The notes: generated by a model from the letters alone, not told the origin. A stretch of DNA of 64,000 nucleotides from Desulfomicrobium sp. (GCA_040768745.1 JAXGMI010000002.1:608001-672000), one strand, 5' to 3'; counted from the first letter of the stretch, positions 48,711 to 58,878 are shown. Translations and numbers: made by a program.

Positions 48711-51428
48711 ATGATCAAAAAACAAATTGTGGTCAATGGCATCGCCAGGAAGCTGGTGGTCGACGCTGAGGAAACCCTGGCCAACGTGCTGCGCAAGAGC
48801 CTGGGCCTGACCGGCACCAAGGTCGGCTGCGGCGAAGGCCAGTGCGGGGCCTGCTCGGTCATCATGGACGGCAAGGTCGTGCGCGCCTGCGCGACCAAGA
48901 TGAAGCGCGTCGACGACGGCGCGAACATCACCACCATCGAGGGCATCGGCACCCCGGCCAACCCGCATCCCCTGCAGCTGGCATGGATGCTCCATGGCGC
49001 GGCCCAGTGTGGCTTCTGCTCGCCCGGCTTCATCGTCTCCGCCAAGGGCCTGCTGGACACCAATCCCAAGCCCACCCGCGACGAGGTCCGCGACTGGTTC
49101 CAGAAGCACCGCAACGCCTGCCGCTGCACCGGCTACAAACCCCTGGTGGATGCCGTCATGGACGCGGCCAAGGTTCTGCGCGGCGAGAAGAGCGCGGCCG
49201 ACCTGGAGTTCAAGCTGCCCAAGGACGGCAGCGTCTGGGGGACCCGCTATCCCCGGCCCTCGGCCCTGGCCAAGGTCACCGGCACCCTGGATTTCGGCGC
49301 CGACCTCGGCCTGAAGCTGCCCGCGGGCAGTCTGCAGTGCGCCCTGGTGCAGGCCGAAGTGTCCCATGCCAAGATCCTGTCCATCGATACGTCCGAAGCC
49401 GAGAAGATGCCCGGCGTGTTCAAGGTCGTGACCCACAAGGACGTCAAGGGCAAGAACCGCATCACGGGCCTGATCACCTTCCCGACCAACAAGGGCGACG
49501 GGTGGGACCGCCCCATCCTGTGCGACGAGAAGATCTTCCAGTATGGTGACGCCATCGCCATCGTCTGTGCCGACACCATCGAGCAGGCCAAGGCCGCTGC
49601 CAAGAAGGTCACGGTCAAGATCGAGCAGCTGCCCGAGTACATGAGCGCCCCCGCGGCCATGGCCGAGGACGCCATCGAGATCCATCCCGGCACGCCCAAC
49701 GTCTACTACATCCAGAAGATCGCCAAGGGTGCGGACACGAAGCCCATCTTCGAAAAGGCCGACGTGATCGTGGAAGGCAGCTACTACACCTCCCGCCAGC
49801 CCCACCTGCCCATCGAGCCGGACTGCGGCTTTGCCTACATCGACGACGATGGCAAGCTGATCATCCACTCCAAGTCCATCGGCCTGCACCTGCACCTGTA
49901 CATGATCGCCCCGGGTCTGGGCCTGGAACCCGATCAGCTGCATCTGGTACAGAACCCCGCCGGCGGCACCTTCGGCTACAAGTTCAGCCCGACCCTGGAA
50001 GCCCTGGTGGGCGCCGCCGCCCTGGCCACGGGCCGCCCCGTGAACCTGGTCTACGACTATCGCCAGCAGCAGGCCTACACCGGCAAACGCTCCCCCTTCT
50101 GGACCGACGTGCGCCTGGCCGCCACCAGGGACGGCAAGCTCCTGGGCATGGAAACCGACTGGACCGTGGACCACGGCCCGTACTCCGAGTTCGGTGACCT
50201 GTTGACCCTGCGCGGCGCCCAGTACATCGGCGCCGGGTACGACATCCCGGCCATCCGCGGCGAAGGCCGCACGGTGTGCACCAACCACTGCTGGGGCGCT
50301 GCGTTCCGCGGTTACGGCGCTCCCGAATCCGAGTTTCCGTCCGAGACCCTGATGGACGAGCTGGCCGAAAAGCTGGGCATGGACCCCTTCGAGCTGCGCT
50401 ACAAGAACATCTATCGCAAGGGTTCCACCACCCCCACGGGCCAGGATCCCGAGGTGTACAGCCTGCCGGAGATGTTCGACATCATGCGGCCCAAGTACGA
50501 GGAAGCCAAGAAGCGCGCGGCAGCCGCCTCTACCGCTGAAGTCAAGCGCGGTGTCGGCATCTCCCTGGGCGTGTACGGCGCCGGCCTTGACGGTGCCGAC
50601 AGCTCGGCGGTTGATGCTGAACTGATGGCCGACGGCACCGTGACCATCTACGCCTGCTGGCAGGATCACGGTCAGGGCGCCGACATGGGCACCCTGGGTA
50701 CGGCCCACGAGGCCCTGCGGCCCTTGGGGCTGACCCCCGACAAGATCCGCCTGGTCATGAACGACACCCGCGTGGCCCCGAACACCGGCCCCGCCGGCGG
50801 CAGCCGTTCCCAGGTCATGGGCGGCCAGGCCATCATCAACGCCTGCGAGCAGCTGGTGAAGGCCATGACCAAGCCCGCTGGCGGTTTCCGCACCTATAAA
50901 GAAATGGTCGCCGAGAAGCTGCCCCTGCGCTACAACGGCAAGTGGACCGCCCCGGCCAAGGACTGCGACGCCAACGGCCAGGGCAGCCCCTTCTGCTGCT
51001 ACATGTACGGCCTGTTCCTGTCCGAGGTGGCTGTCGAAGTCGCCACCGGCAAGACCACCGTCGAGAAGATGACCATTGTCGGCGACATCGGCAAGGTCAA
51101 CAACTTCTCCCTGGTCGACGGCCAGATCTACGGCGGCGTGGCCCAGGGCATCGGCCTGGCCCTGACCGAGGACTACGAGGACCTGAAGAAGCATGCCACC
51201 ATCCGCGGCGCCGGCATCCCCTACATCCAGGACATCCCGGACGACATGGAGATCATCTATGTGCAAACGCCCCGTCCGGCCGGCCCCTTCGGTGCCTCCG
51301 GCGTCGGTGAGATGCCTCTGACCGCTCCCCACGCCGCGGTCCTCAACGCCGTGTACAATGCGTGCGGCGCTCGCGTTCACGAGATTCCCGCTCTGCCGGA
51401 GAAAATCCTGGCCGCGATGAAGAAATAG
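48711..51428 (+). CDS. mop: Molybdopterin-dependent aldehyde oxidoreductase (Mop-type, xanthine oxidase family)
   Basis: GCGEGQCGAC, QCGFCSPG and CRCTGY [2Fe-2S] motifs; GGTFGYK, AFRGYG, GGSRSQ and GASGVGE; 905 aa. Confidence 0.95.
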   Translation: MIKKQIVVNGIARKLVVDAEETLANVLRKSLGLTGTKVGCGEGQCGACSVIMDGKVVRACATKMKRVDDGANITTIEGIGTPANPHPLQLAWMLHGAAQCGFCSPGFIVSAKGLLDTNPKPTRDEVRDWFQKHRNACRCTGYKPLVDAVMDAAKVLRGEKSAADLEFKLPKDGSVWGTRYPRPSALAKVTGTLDFGADLGLKLPAGSLQCALVQAEVSHAKILSIDTSEAEKMPGVFKVVTHKDVKGKNRITGLITFPTNKGDGWDRPILCDEKIFQYGDAIAIVCADTIEQAKAAAKKVTVKIEQLPEYMSAPAAMAEDAIEIHPGTPNVYYIQKIAKGADTKPIFEKADVIVEGSYYTSRQPHLPIEPDCGFAYIDDDGKLIIHSKSIGLHLHLYMIAPGLGLEPDQLHLVQNPAGGTFGYKFSPTLEALVGAAALATGRPVNLVYDYRQQQAYTGKRSPFWTDVRLAATRDGKLLGMETDWTVDHGPYSEFGDLLTLRGAQYIGAGYDIPAIRGEGRTVCTNHCWGAAFRGYGAPESEFPSETLMDELAEKLGMDPFELRYKNIYRKGSTTPTGQDPEVYSLPEMFDIMRPKYEEAKKRAAAASTAEVKRGVGISLGVYGAGLDGADSSAVDAELMADGTVTIYACWQDHGQGADMGTLGTAHEALRPLGLTPDKIRLVMNDTRVAPNTGPAGGSRSQVMGGQAIINACEQLVKAMTKPAGGFRTYKEMVAEKLPLRYNGKWTAPAKDCDANGQGSPFCCYMYGLFLSEVAVEVATGKTTVEKMTIVGDIGKVNNFSLVDGQIYGGVAQGIGLALTEDYEDLKKHATIRGAGIPYIQDIPDDMEIIYVQTPRPAGPFGASGVGEMPLTAPHAAVLNAVYNACGARVHEIPALPEKILAAMKK

Positions 51429-51443
51429 TGACCCGTTCAACCT

Positions 51444-51481
51444 CCCTCCGGGCGTTTTTGCGCCCGGAGGGCTTTCTATTT
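51444..51481 (+). terminator. Strong hairpin after mop
   Basis: CCCTCCGGGCG-TTTTTG-CGCCCGGAGGG-CTTTCTATTT. Confidence 0.7.
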
Positions 51482-51494
51482 CCAAGGAGAGGGC

Positions 51495-53765
51495 ATGGAC
51501 CAGAAGGAACTGCGGGAATGGGAAGCCAGGTGCATCCAGGAGGAGCCGCCGGCGTGCCGGGCGGGTTGCCCCCTGAACGTCGACGCCAGGGCTTTCGTGC
51601 TGTTCATGGCGCGGGGCGACCTCGATGCGGCCCGGGCCGTTCTGGAAAAAAGCATGCCTCTGGCGGCCGTCACGGCCAGGCTGTGCGAGGCCCCTTGCGA
51701 AGCGTTCTGCGTCCGCAGGGACCTCGGCGGAGCCATCGCCGTGGGCGGGCTGGAGCGGCTGTGCATCCGCGACACGTGCCCCAAGGGCAAGATCCCCCGC
51801 CTGCCGGCCAGACCCAGGAAGGTCGCCGTCTTCGGCTCCGGGCCGAGCGGCCTGACCGTGGCCTTCGACCTGGCCAGAAAAGGCTACCCCATCAGCGTGT
51901 ACCATCTGGGCGAAAAACCCGGCGGATGGCTGCGCCAGCTTCCTGAATCCGTTCTCCCCCCGTCCGCACTCGAGGAGGAGCTGCAACGCCTGGGTGCCCT
52001 GCACGTGACCTTTGTCGCCGTCCCCGCCCTGGACTGCGTACTGGTCGAGACCCACCCGGCCGATGCCGTGTATGTGGGCCAGGATGATACGATATCTCCG
52101 GACCTGGCGGCGCTCCTCGATTCCCCGGACCCCGAAACCATGGCTTTGGAACGTCCGGGCTGGTTCACGGGCGGCATGGAGGGGCGGAGGTTCCGTTTCA
52201 TCGACGCCGTGTCCCACGGCCGCGAGGCCGCCGTGTCCATGGACAGGTTCCTGCAGAACGCCTCCCTGACCGGAAGCCGCGTACCCCTGCGGTGCGGCCG
52301 TACGGACCTCTTCACCCAGACCTTCGGCGTCGAGCCCGTCCATCGCATCCCCCCAGAAGACCCGAGCGGCTACACCCGGGAGGAAGCCTCGCGGGAGGCC
52401 GGGCGCTGCCTTGACTGCCAGTGCCTGGAATGCGTGAAACACTGCGTGTACCTCTCCGGGCACGGTGGCTATCCCAAAGCCTACGCCCGCCGCGTCTTCA
52501 ACAACGCGGCCATTGTCCAGGGCATGCGCCAGGCCAACACCTTCATCAATTCCTGTTCCCTGTGCGGGCAGTGCGAGACCCTGTGTCCCAACGATTTCTC
52601 CATGGCCGATCTGTGCCTGGACGCCCGGCGCGACATGGTCCGGGAAGGGCGCATGCCCCCTTCGGCCCACTGGTTCGCCCTGGAGGAGATGCGCGCGGCC
52701 AAGGACACGCAGTCCGCCCTGCTGCGCCACGCCCCTGAGACGGACAAAAGCGCGGCCCTTTTCTTCCCCGGCTGCCAGCTGGCCGGCATCAGACCGGAGC
52801 AGACCCTCAGACTGTACGACCGGCTGCTGGAATCGGAGCCCGAAACCGGCATCTGGCTCGACTGCTGCGCCGCTCCGGCCCATTGGGCCGGCCGCCAGGA
52901 TGAGTTCAAGGAACTGCTGCGCGCCATGGAAACGGCCTGGGAGGGCGTGGGCCGTCCCAGGGTCCTGACCGCCTGCTCCACCTGCCTCAAGATGTTCCGG
53001 GAGCACCTGCCCGCTTTCGGAGCGGTTTCTGTCTGGACCCTCCTGGCCGAAAACGGGGTGCAGGCCGCCTCGCCCCGACCACCCCTGGCCCTGTCCGACC
53101 CCTGCACGGCCCGCCACGACACGCAGACCCGCGAAGCCGTGCGCAGCCTGCTGGCTGGCCTGGGGCAGCCCTTGGCGGACCTGCCCATGTCCGGCGAACT
53201 GACGGAGTGCTGTGGCTTCGGCGGCCTCATGGACAACGCCAACCCGGCCCTGGCCCGCAAGGTGGCCCAGGCACGGGTGGCCCAATCCACGGCGGACTTC
53301 CTGACCTACTGCGCCATGTGCCGAGAGCAGCTGGCCCGAACCGGCAAAGCTGCTCTGCACATCCTGGATCTGCTTTTCCCGGACGCAGGCCATCCCGCCA
53401 CCGAGGCCCCGGCAGGCATTTCGGCCCGCAGGGTCAACCGGCGCAGACTCAGGAACGAGGTTCTGGCCCGCCACGGCCTGGACCAGGCCCCCAGGGAAGC
53501 CTGGGAGGACGTGCGCATCGCCGTCTCCGACTCGGCCGCGGCCCTGCTGGAGGAACGGCGCATCCTCGAGGATGACGTCCGCCAGGTCCTGTACCTGGCG
53601 GCCAAGGGCGGACGCTGCCTGCGTCACGGCACGGATGGTCGCAGGATTGCCGCGGCCGTCCTGGGCGAAGTTACCTTTTGGGTCGAGTACCGAGATACTG
53701 CGGAGGTGTTCGAAATCCTGGGGGCCTGGAGCCACCGCATGCGCATCACGGGAGGACGGATATGA
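51495..53765 (+). CDS. Pyridine nucleotide-disulfide oxidoreductase-like / Fe-S dicluster / CCG-domain protein
   Basis: GltD-like CRAGCP...CEAPCEAFC, GSGPSG, CSLCGQCETLCP, FFPGC and CCGFGG. Confidence 0.85.
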   Translation: MDQKELREWEARCIQEEPPACRAGCPLNVDARAFVLFMARGDLDAARAVLEKSMPLAAVTARLCEAPCEAFCVRRDLGGAIAVGGLERLCIRDTCPKGKIPRLPARPRKVAVFGSGPSGLTVAFDLARKGYPISVYHLGEKPGGWLRQLPESVLPPSALEEELQRLGALHVTFVAVPALDCVLVETHPADAVYVGQDDTISPDLAALLDSPDPETMALERPGWFTGGMEGRRFRFIDAVSHGREAAVSMDRFLQNASLTGSRVPLRCGRTDLFTQTFGVEPVHRIPPEDPSGYTREEASREAGRCLDCQCLECVKHCVYLSGHGGYPKAYARRVFNNAAIVQGMRQANTFINSCSLCGQCETLCPNDFSMADLCLDARRDMVREGRMPPSAHWFALEEMRAAKDTQSALLRHAPETDKSAALFFPGCQLAGIRPEQTLRLYDRLLESEPETGIWLDCCAAPAHWAGRQDEFKELLRAMETAWEGVGRPRVLTACSTCLKMFREHLPAFGAVSVWTLLAENGVQAASPRPPLALSDPCTARHDTQTREAVRSLLAGLGQPLADLPMSGELTECCGFGGLMDNANPALARKVAQARVAQSTADFLTYCAMCREQLARTGKAALHILDLLFPDAGHPATEAPAGISARRVNRRRLRNEVLARHGLDQAPREAWEDVRIAVSDSAAALLEERRILEDDVRQVLYLAAKGGRCLRHGTDGRRIAAAVLGEVTFWVEYRDTAEVFEILGAWSHRMRITGGRI

Positions 53766-53971
53766 GCATGATTTTCATGCCGCAGGACATGGACTGGGTC
53801 TGCGAACCCTGCGGGGAACGCATGGAATCCGGCAAGGTCGAGCTGACCTACCTGGGCAATGCCTTTCATGTGGAACTGCCGGTCTGCCCCAGGTGCGGGG
53901 CCGTGTACATCTACGAGGAATTGGCATTGGGGCGGATTCGCGAAGTGGAGCAACTGCTTGAAGACAAGTGA
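53762..53971 (+). CDS. Small two-CxxC redox/zinc-ribbon protein (DVU_1557-like)
   Basis: WVCEPC...LPVCPRCGAVYIYEELA...VEQLLEDK; GGAGG RBS. Confidence 0.8.
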   Translation: MSMIFMPQDMDWVCEPCGERMESGKVELTYLGNAFHVELPVCPRCGAVYIYEELALGRIREVEQLLEDK

Positions 53972-54662
53972 ACTGTACACGTCCGCGCCGGTCAGGTCGG
54001 CCCTGGGCCGCACCCTGCGTCCTGGCGGGTTGGCGTTGACACGGCGTTTGCTGCAATTGGCGCCACCTGCGCCCGGAAGCAGAGTGCTGGATGCCGGGTG
54101 CGGGCGTGGGGAGACCCTCGGGCTGCTGCTGGAAAGCGGAGCCCGGGCCCTGGGCCTGGATCTGCATGCCGGCTTTTTGCGGGAAGCGTGCCAGGACGGA
54201 CGTGCCGTTGCGCGGGCAGACCTGAAACGTCTGCCCGTTGCGGACAAGAGCCTGGATCTGATCGTGTGCGAATGCACCTGGAACCTGACGGACAAGGAGG
54301 GGGTGCTGGCGGAGTTCTTCCGGACATTGAGGTCTGGCGGGACCCTCGCCCTGGCCGACATCTACACCCGCGGCTACCGCAGCGGGGAATGGCCCCTGCG
54401 CTGCTGTTTCGAGCAGGCCACAGACCTGCAGACCGTGCTGGAGCAGGTGGCCTGCGCCGGGTTCGAAATCGACGTGGTCGAGGATCACACGGCCATGCTG
54501 AAGAAGACCGCGGCGGATTTCGTCTTCCGCCACGGCTCCCTGTTCGGCTTCTGGCAGGCCGTGACCGGCGATCCGGGCCTGGCTGAGATGGCCTGCGCTG
54601 CGTCGCGGGAATCGAAGCCGGGATTGTTCTTGTTGACGGCGCACGTTCCGTGGGGAGAATAA
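53958..54662 (+). CDS. Class I SAM-dependent methyltransferase (DVU_1556-like)
   Basis: LRPGGLALT and VLDAGCGRG; start (TTG) uncertain. Confidence 0.85.
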   Translation: MKTSELYTSAPVRSALGRTLRPGGLALTRRLLQLAPPAPGSRVLDAGCGRGETLGLLLESGARALGLDLHAGFLREACQDGRAVARADLKRLPVADKSLDLIVCECTWNLTDKEGVLAEFFRTLRSGGTLALADIYTRGYRSGEWPLRCCFEQATDLQTVLEQVACAGFEIDVVEDHTAMLKKTAADFVFRHGSLFGFWQAVTGDPGLAEMACAASRESKPGLFLLTAHVPWGE

Positions 54663-54708
54663 AAAATCTATAGATCCTATGGGATCCATGGGGCCTATAA
54701 CTTTTCGA

Positions 54709-54720
54709 TTGGTATACCAA
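54709..54720. promoter_or_regulatory. GntR-type palindrome inside the operon
   Basis: Perfect TTGGTATACCAA in an AT-rich intergenic spacer. Confidence 0.45.
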
Positions 54721-54739
54721 AAGTCATCACGAGGCCGAC

Positions 54740-55183
54740 ATGAACGAATACGATCTCGACATCCTGCGCCTGCACACGCAGGGTTTCTGTTGCGCCCAGA
54801 TCATCGCGCAGATGGCTCTGGAGACGCAGGGCGTGGAAAATCCGGGGCTCGTGCGGGCCATGTCGGGGTTGTGCATGGGGTTTTCCTCGCCCCAGGGGGC
54901 CTGCGGGGCCCTGACCGGAGCGGCTTGTCTCATCGCCTACTACGCGGGCAAAGGCACCGCTGCCGAGGAACCCGACGACAGGCTGCCGCTCATGCTTTCG
55001 GAGCTGGTTGAATGGTTCGAAGGTCACACCGCTGAGCGCTTCGGAGGCATCAGCTGCTCGGCCATCGTGCCCGACGGCAGGCCCGACGCTTCTGTCTGCG
55101 GCGGGCTGGTCTCCGGGTGTTACGGCAAGGTCCTGACCATTCTCGTGGAGAACGGCATCGACCCGGGGACGGCGCGTGAGTAG
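54740..55183 (+). CDS. C-GCAxxG-C-C family redox protein (DVU_1555-like)
   Basis: GFCCAQ, GACGALTGAAC, ISC and C. Confidence 0.85.
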   Translation: MNEYDLDILRLHTQGFCCAQIIAQMALETQGVENPGLVRAMSGLCMGFSSPQGACGALTGAACLIAYYAGKGTAAEEPDDRLPLMLSELVEWFEGHTAERFGGISCSAIVPDGRPDASVCGGLVSGCYGKVLTILVENGIDPGTARE

Positions 55184-56552
55184 GATGGTCGGCACGGTCG
55201 GCAGCGTCTGTCCCGAGTGCCTGGGTCGGGTCGAGGCGGAACTGGTCGAGGACGGGGACGTCGTACGCATGGTCAAGCGTTGCCCCGAGCATGGCGGGTT
55301 TTCGGCCGTGGTCTGGCGCGGGGAGCCCGCGTTTTCAAGCTGGGTGCGGCCCAAGATCCCCTTCGGCGGCGGGCCGCGCGAGGCCGTGGGCAAAGGGTGT
55401 CCCTACGACTGCGGCCTGTGCGCGCGCCACGCCCAGCGGACCTGCACGGCCCTGGTGGAGATCACCTCGCGCTGCAACCTGGGCTGCCCGGTCTGTTTCG
55501 CCGACAGCGGCGGGCCGGGGACCGAGCCGCAGCGGGAGGTCCTGGCGCGTATGTTCGATCAGGTCATGGCCCGCACGGGCGGCTGCAACCTGCAGCTCTC
55601 GGGCGGCGAGCCCACGGTGCGCGAGGATCTGCCGCAGATCGTGGCCATGGCCAAGCGGGCCGGCTTTGCCTTCGTGCAGCTCAACACCAACGGCCTGCGC
55701 CTGGCCGAGGATCCCGGGCTGGTCGAGGCCCTGGCCAGTGCGGGGCTTTCATCTGTCTTCCTGCAGTTCGACGGGGTGCGCGACGCTGTCTACCGTGCTC
55801 TGCGCGGCCGGGACCTGCTGGAGGTCAAGGGACGGGCCGTGGACAACGCCGCGGCGGCAGGCCTGGGCATCGTCCTCGTGCCCACGGTGGCGCGCGGCGT
55901 GAACACGGACCAGCTGTGGGACATCGTACTCTACGGCCTGGCCCGCCAGCCCTTTATCCGCGGAGTCCATTTCCAGCCCATGAGTTATTTCGGGCGCTAT
56001 CCGGCCGACTTCATACCCGACCATGTCACCCTGCCCGAGCTCATGACCGGTCTGGCCCAACAAAGCGGCGGGATGGTCAAGGTGTCCGACTTCCTGCCCC
56101 CGGGCTGCGAGCACGCCCTGTGTTCCTTCTCGGGCAAGTACATGACCCGCGAAGACGGCAGTTTCGTGCGTCTGGGCAATGTGGTCTGTGACTGCACACC
56201 CAGACCCGCCGAGGCCGGGGCCCTGAAGTCCATCAACGTCACGGCCCGCCAGTGGTCCGCGCCCGCGACGCCGGGGCCGCCATCTCCCCCTTCCCCATTC
56301 CAGGGTCCGGGCGCAGATGGCCCCATCCCCCCCACTCCCCAGGACAATGACCTGGACCGCTTCCTGGCCCGGGCCAGGACCCATACGTTCACCATCTCGG
56401 CCATGGCCTTCCAGGACGCGTGGAGCCTCAACCTGGACCGCCTGCAGGGCTGCTGCATCCATGTGGCCCAGCCAAACGGGCGACTGGTGCCCTTTTGCGC
56501 CTTCAACCTGACCTCCCGTCACGGCCGCAGCCTGTACCGGGGGCGGATGTGA
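55176..56552 (+). CDS. Radical SAM protein (TrsS / DVU_1554-like)
   Basis: N-terminal CPEC...CPEHG and CPYDCGLC; CNLGCPVC; SGGEPT; CCIHV...VPFCAFN. Confidence 0.88.
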   Translation: MSRMVGTVGSVCPECLGRVEAELVEDGDVVRMVKRCPEHGGFSAVVWRGEPAFSSWVRPKIPFGGGPREAVGKGCPYDCGLCARHAQRTCTALVEITSRCNLGCPVCFADSGGPGTEPQREVLARMFDQVMARTGGCNLQLSGGEPTVREDLPQIVAMAKRAGFAFVQLNTNGLRLAEDPGLVEALASAGLSSVFLQFDGVRDAVYRALRGRDLLEVKGRAVDNAAAAGLGIVLVPTVARGVNTDQLWDIVLYGLARQPFIRGVHFQPMSYFGRYPADFIPDHVTLPELMTGLAQQSGGMVKVSDFLPPGCEHALCSFSGKYMTREDGSFVRLGNVVCDCTPRPAEAGALKSINVTARQWSAPATPGPPSPPSPFQGPGADGPIPPTPQDNDLDRFLARARTHTFTISAMAFQDAWSLNLDRLQGCCIHVAQPNGRLVPFCAFNLTSRHGRSLYRGRM

Positions 56553-57856
56553 GAGCCAGCACCGTCGATGCCCTGACGGCACGCAGGCTGGGCATCGACG
56601 GGCCCCTGGACCGCAGTTGTCTGGAAACTGCCCAGATGGCGGCCCTGCGCGCGACCGTGTCCTGGGCCAGGGAGATGGGCCCCTGGTATCGCGGGCGTTT
56701 GGCGGGGGTGAAGCCGGAGAAGCTGCGCTGTCGGGCTGACCTGGCGCGGTTGCCCCTGATGGCCGGGGCGGACGTGGCCGCATTTGGGCAGCGCATGGTC
56801 TGCGTACCCCAGAGCGAGGTGGCGCGCATCGTCACCCTGCAGACCTCGGGCAGCACCGGTGCGCCCAAGCGAGTGCACTTCACGCGGGAGGATCTGGACG
56901 GGACCGTGGATTTTTTCCTGCACGGCATGACGAACCTGGCCGATCAATCGGACCGGGTTCTGGCGCTGCTGCCTTGCAGTCAACCCGACAGCACTGGCGA
57001 CCTGCTCGTGCGAGCCCTGCGGGGCGGTGGGGTTCACTGTGCAGGGTGCTGGCCGCCCGGGAGCGCGACCGGTCTGGCGGAATTCATCGTGGCCGGGAAG
57101 TATTCGTGCGTCGTGGGTCTGCCCCAGCACCTTCTGGCCCTGGCCGGGTCTCTGCCCGTTGGCCAGGTCCGGACCATGCTGCTGTGCTCGGACTACGCCC
57201 CGCCGGCCCTGCGTCGGCGCATCGAGGAGGCCTGCGGCGCCGAGACCTTCCTGCACTACGGGGCCACGGAGACGGGTCTGGGCGGCGGCGTGGAATGCGG
57301 AATCCATGACGGCTGCCATGTGCGGGAGTCCGACCTGCTGTTCGAGATCGTGGACCCGGTTACGGGCGCACTGTTGGGCGAGGGAGAGGAAGGCGAGGTG
57401 GTCGTGACCACCCTGGGCCGGCGGGCCATGCCGCTGGTGCGTTACCGCACGGGGGACCTGGCCCGCCTGGCCAGGGGGCGGTGCGCCTGTGGCGGCGTCA
57501 CGGCGCGGCTGTGCGATGTGACGGGACGGGACAGGGTGTGCGTTCTGGGCGGCGGGCTCAGCGTGACCAGCCGGGAGCTCGACGACAGTCTTTTTGACCT
57601 GGACGGTCTGGTGGACTACCGCGCCAGTCTCTGGTCTGCCGGCGGCAGAGACCACCTGGACATTGAATTCCAGGCCGGATCCGGGCATGAGCACCTGGAG
57701 CGGGACCTGGGGCTGGCCCTGCGGCGCGTGCCTGGGGTGGCCGCGGCCCTGCAACTCGGGACCCTGATCCTGGGTTCCATGCGGCGGGTCGACTCCTTTT
57801 CGCCCTCCCACACCCTCAAGCGCACCATTTTTGATCAACGCCGGAGCACACCGTGA
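56549..57856 (+). CDS. AMP-dependent CoA ligase (DVU_1553 / PaaK-like)
   Basis: TSGSTGAPKR, HYGATE and PLVRYRTGD. Confidence 0.88.
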   Translation: MRASTVDALTARRLGIDGPLDRSCLETAQMAALRATVSWAREMGPWYRGRLAGVKPEKLRCRADLARLPLMAGADVAAFGQRMVCVPQSEVARIVTLQTSGSTGAPKRVHFTREDLDGTVDFFLHGMTNLADQSDRVLALLPCSQPDSTGDLLVRALRGGGVHCAGCWPPGSATGLAEFIVAGKYSCVVGLPQHLLALAGSLPVGQVRTMLLCSDYAPPALRRRIEEACGAETFLHYGATETGLGGGVECGIHDGCHVRESDLLFEIVDPVTGALLGEGEEGEVVVTTLGRRAMPLVRYRTGDLARLARGRCACGGVTARLCDVTGRDRVCVLGGGLSVTSRELDDSLFDLDGLVDYRASLWSAGGRDHLDIEFQAGSGHEHLERDLGLALRRVPGVAAALQLGTLILGSMRRVDSFSPSHTLKRTIFDQRRSTP

Positions 57857-58878
57857 AGGATATTCTCGAGTCCCTGCTGAAAACCCTGGATCAGGGCCAA
57901 GACGCCATCTTTTGCGGCATTGTCGAGAGCTCGGGCTCGGCCCCGCGCACGTCCGGGGCCAGGATGCTGGTCCTGCCCGACGGCGCCATCCGCGGCTCCG
58001 TGGGCGGAGGCCCTGTGGAGGGGGCCAGCCTGGCCCGGGCCAGGAAGATGCTGGACCTGGGCGAGTCGCACGTCCTGCTGCCCTTTGACCTGAATTCACC
58101 CACTGCGGCCCAGGCGGGCATGGTCTGCGGCGGAGCGGTCACGGTGCTCCTGCAACGCCTCGCGCCGGAGCAACGGGGATTGTTCGCAAAGCTGTTGACC
58201 CTGCACGCGGAGCAAAAACGTCCGGCCCTGATCACGATCCTGGCGCCAGGGAAGGAGCCCGTCCTGAACGTGTGGTCCGCAGCGACGGGTCTGGAGAGCA
58301 TGGATCTTCCTGAAAGCATGACGGCGGAACTGGCCCGCAAGGCGTCGAAAACCCGTCAGAACTTTTCCCTCCAAGGAAACGGGCTGACCGTCTTTGCCGA
58401 GCCCCTGGTCGCGCCCACGGTGGTGCATCTGGTCGGCGCGGGGCATGTGGCCTTGGCCACCTCCAGGGTGGCGTCCTTCGCCGGCTTCGAGGTGGTGGTC
58501 ATGGACGACCGGGCCGAGTTCGCCAGCCCCGGGCGCTATCCCGAAGCCCGCGAGGTGCGGGTTCTGGAAAACTTCAACGGATGCTTGAAGGATTTAGGGC
58601 CCGACGACTTCGTGGTCATCGTCACCCGCGGCCACCTGCACGACCGCGACGTCCTGGCCCAGGCCCTGCGAACCGACGCCGGGTATGTCGGCATGATCGG
58701 CAGCCGCGGCAAGCGCGACGCCGTCTACCGCTCCCTGCTGGAGAATGGCTTCACCCGGGCCGACCTCGAACGCGTCTTCTGCCCCATCGGCTTGCCCATC
58801 GGCGCGGACACACCCGAGGAGATCGCCGTCAGCATCGTGGCCGAATTGATCAGGGTGCGCGCCGGAGCCCAGGAGTGA
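57853..58878 (+). CDS. XdhC/CoxF family molybdoenzyme maturation factor
   Basis: GSAPR, GSVGGG, MVCGG, GAGHV, YVGMIGS and PIGLPIGADTPEEIAVSI. Confidence 0.92.
   Translation: MKDILESLLKTLDQGQDAIFCGIVESSGSAPRTSGARMLVLPDGAIRGSVGGGPVEGASLARARKMLDLGESHVLLPFDLNSPTAAQAGMVCGGAVTVLLQRLAPEQRGLFAKLLTLHAEQKRPALITILAPGKEPVLNVWSAATGLESMDLPESMTAELARKASKTRQNFSLQGNGLTVFAEPLVAPTVVHLVGAGHVALATSRVASFAGFEVVVMDDRAEFASPGRYPEAREVRVLENFNGCLKDLGPDDFVVIVTRGHLHDRDVLAQALRTDAGYVGMIGSRGKRDAVYRSLLENGFTRADLERVFCPIGLPIGADTPEEIAVSIVAELIRVRAGAQE

Noticed and set aside
48693..53735. 1680-aa antisense ORF over mop and the Fe-S gene
   Set aside because: Shadow frame caused by GC-rich codon bias; no motifs, and the sense genes are clear.
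53762..56552. Selenocysteine recoding in the DVU_1555/1557/TrsS-like genes
   Set aside because: No in-frame TGA interrupts a domain; the terminal TGAs overlap downstream genes.
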